A stretch of 64,000 nucleotides of DNA from Massalongia carnosa (lineage: Eukaryota), in NCBI GenBank assembly GCA_965645245.1, contig OZ287069.1, positions 1,612,001-1,676,000 of the forward strand. The letters run 5' to 3'. This document shows positions 62,001 to 64,000 of this stretch, piece after piece. Position 1 is the first letter of the stretch; every line of letters begins with the position of its first letter. The notes under the pieces are model-generated. The model was given only the letters and a program-made list of their open reading frames with translations. It ran no database searches and was not told the DNA's origin. Made by a program: the position numbers and the translations under genes.

Positions 62001-64000
62001 TCGTACAATTTACGTTGTAATACTGTTGGATTGACTCGATTTTTTATTGAACACTTGTATCAAAATCTGAGAAGAATCAAATGGTATCAATTCATCCATA
62101 TTGAGCAAGTGCTGAGGTTGTATGTTGCCTATGGCTGGTGCCTTTTCACATAGTTCGTAACATACAAGTACTGTATTCTATATATACCCAACGTGTATAA
62201 GCTAGGTAATGTTTCATAGTCTTGTGGAAACGAAAGAGGTCAGGGTGGAAATAAACTCTCGCTGGACACAACAATGACATCGACGGCTTGCACCATCGTT
62301 CTAAACACTGATCAGACTCGAGATATCTGAAAGATCGCTATAATCATCACCACCCACTGGCAGGGTTTTACCATGTCCTTGAGTGAAAGCCTATCAGGTC
62401 GACGCTGGCAGCCTACTTTTGGCAAAGCTTCAATATGGGAGTTGATCGTTGCCTGAAAGGACGACGGATTGTATCCAATTATCATTGATGTATAAAACTT
62501 TTGTATCAGCCTATTCATAGATGCTTCATCGCGCAACCGATATCTCAACGTGACACTTGATCTTTCAATGCAAGCGTGACTCCATGAGGCTAGTATCACC
62601 CATGCTATGAAGCCTAACCTAGTCTCTGCTATATCGTACTTCAAATGGAAGACATGCCCTAGAACTGCCGAAAGCCATCAACGCCAGATCTGCTATGCTA
62701 TGTATATTCCCTGGTTGTACATATCGGTGGGATATAGGTATATACGTGACGGTTCGTGGACGGTCGTTCCGCTGGCAAAGACGTATTGGCGCCATTCACT
62801 TCCCTCCCCTTGCTTCTCACTTCTTTACAACTTACATATTACTTATCGTACGATTCAGGGTCCCAATTAGGAGACGAGGACCGAATCCATCACCGCCTGC
62901 TCGATCTGTGTGAACCTATTCTTGATCTTTATCCGGACCTATATTCGTTTGCTCTATTCGGGCATATATCCTAGCGGGAAACTTAATAGCAGCACGAAGG
63001 ATGACCTCAAGCTTAGGTCCCTCGTATTTATTCACAATTCGAGAATAGCCTACCTAGATTGGTCCCTGGGGTATGCTATGAGCCAAACTTTTTTTTTGGA
63101 GTACCAAACCAAACCAACTAGTCACATTGTAGCTATCTAGCTGAGGGTTGCGAATCTATTACGACGAGGAAACAAGGGGTTCAAAGCTTCAGCTCACCAG
63201 CGCGCTCAGCCAATGCCAATGCCATTCTGGGGATTTCGATACGAGTGTATGTCTATCAAATCCTATTCCTCCATATTAATCCTTGGAGCACTCTAGGATA
63301 CGTCTTGGACTTTCGGCATTCCTCTCAATGCCGAGGACAGGCACCTTCTGAGTTACACAATGATCGGATTCAAGTCAATGCGTTTCACATGTCAAGCCTT
63401 TGGGTGATGATCAACACAATGAACCCAATTAGCCTTTATGGAAATCCCATCCTTCATCTTACAATTCCGCGGGAAAGACCGAAACCGCTGAATACGGGGA
63501 TTATAGTGCAGAGAATACGACGTGAAGAGGACTACTCAGTGTGCGTTGGGGTGCTCTTGATAGGATAAGTAAAGAAATCATTGAGGCCAAATTGAAGTGC
63601 CGCGATGCAAGAACGCCTTCGAAAATGGTAGAGAAATGGAGAACCTAGTTGCCAAGCTCTATCGTATATTACAAGTCAACCCATCAAGACATCTCCTACA
63701 AGCAACTTGAGCCCCCGCATCCTAACAGCTAGCGGATCAGCTCTCGAGAAAAAAATATCAGTTAGGATATCATTTTCAAGATGTCATTCCCCGTTCGTCT
63801 TCCTCCTAAGGTCAGGGGAAACTCTTCCATGGGAAAGGTGAGGTGCATGTAGCATCACAGAACCCAAAATATCAGAACTGTGATAGCAAAACCTGTCTCT
63901 AAGTTCCCGCACATAGACCCCAAGTAAGATATCTAGATTTCCAGTTCGCATACTTCAGGAAACAAAATAACTAAAATAACCAACCCGCCCCGCCTAGGAT

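Noticed and set aside
59266..63568. Short ORFs on both strands at the window end
   Set aside because: No recognisable domains, many non-ATG starts, and no consistent splice chain found.

Overview
Filamentous ascomycete (Pezizomycotina-type) nuclear DNA with GT-AG introns. Host genes, in order: 5' end of pan1 (-), eIF3m (-), tRNA-Arg(CCU), a Na/Ca exchanger (-), an M19 dipeptidase (+), ECM29 (+), a Zn2Cys6 transcription factor (+), a Chk2-type FHA kinase (+), CYP51 (+) and an RRM+YTH protein (-). Two dense transposon nests (about 6.1-25.1 kb and 32.1-43.8 kb) could be resolved by eye from TIRs and target-site duplications (TSDs): solo LTRs, pogo/Tigger/Fot1, MULE, a LINE fragment, piggyBac-like, Tc1/IS630-like and a Crypton-type tyrosine recombinase. 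Most striking: (1) the tRNA gene has a 54-nt insertion in its variable loop with GT-branchpoint-AG signals, so it looks like a spliceosomal intron in a Pol III tRNA; (2) Tc1-like elements with CACGCGG ends have 5-bp TSDs rather than TA, and two are confirmed by paralogous empty sites in the window; (3) the dipeptidase gene sits between long inverted repeat arms. All calls come from manual reading and motif recall; no searches were run.
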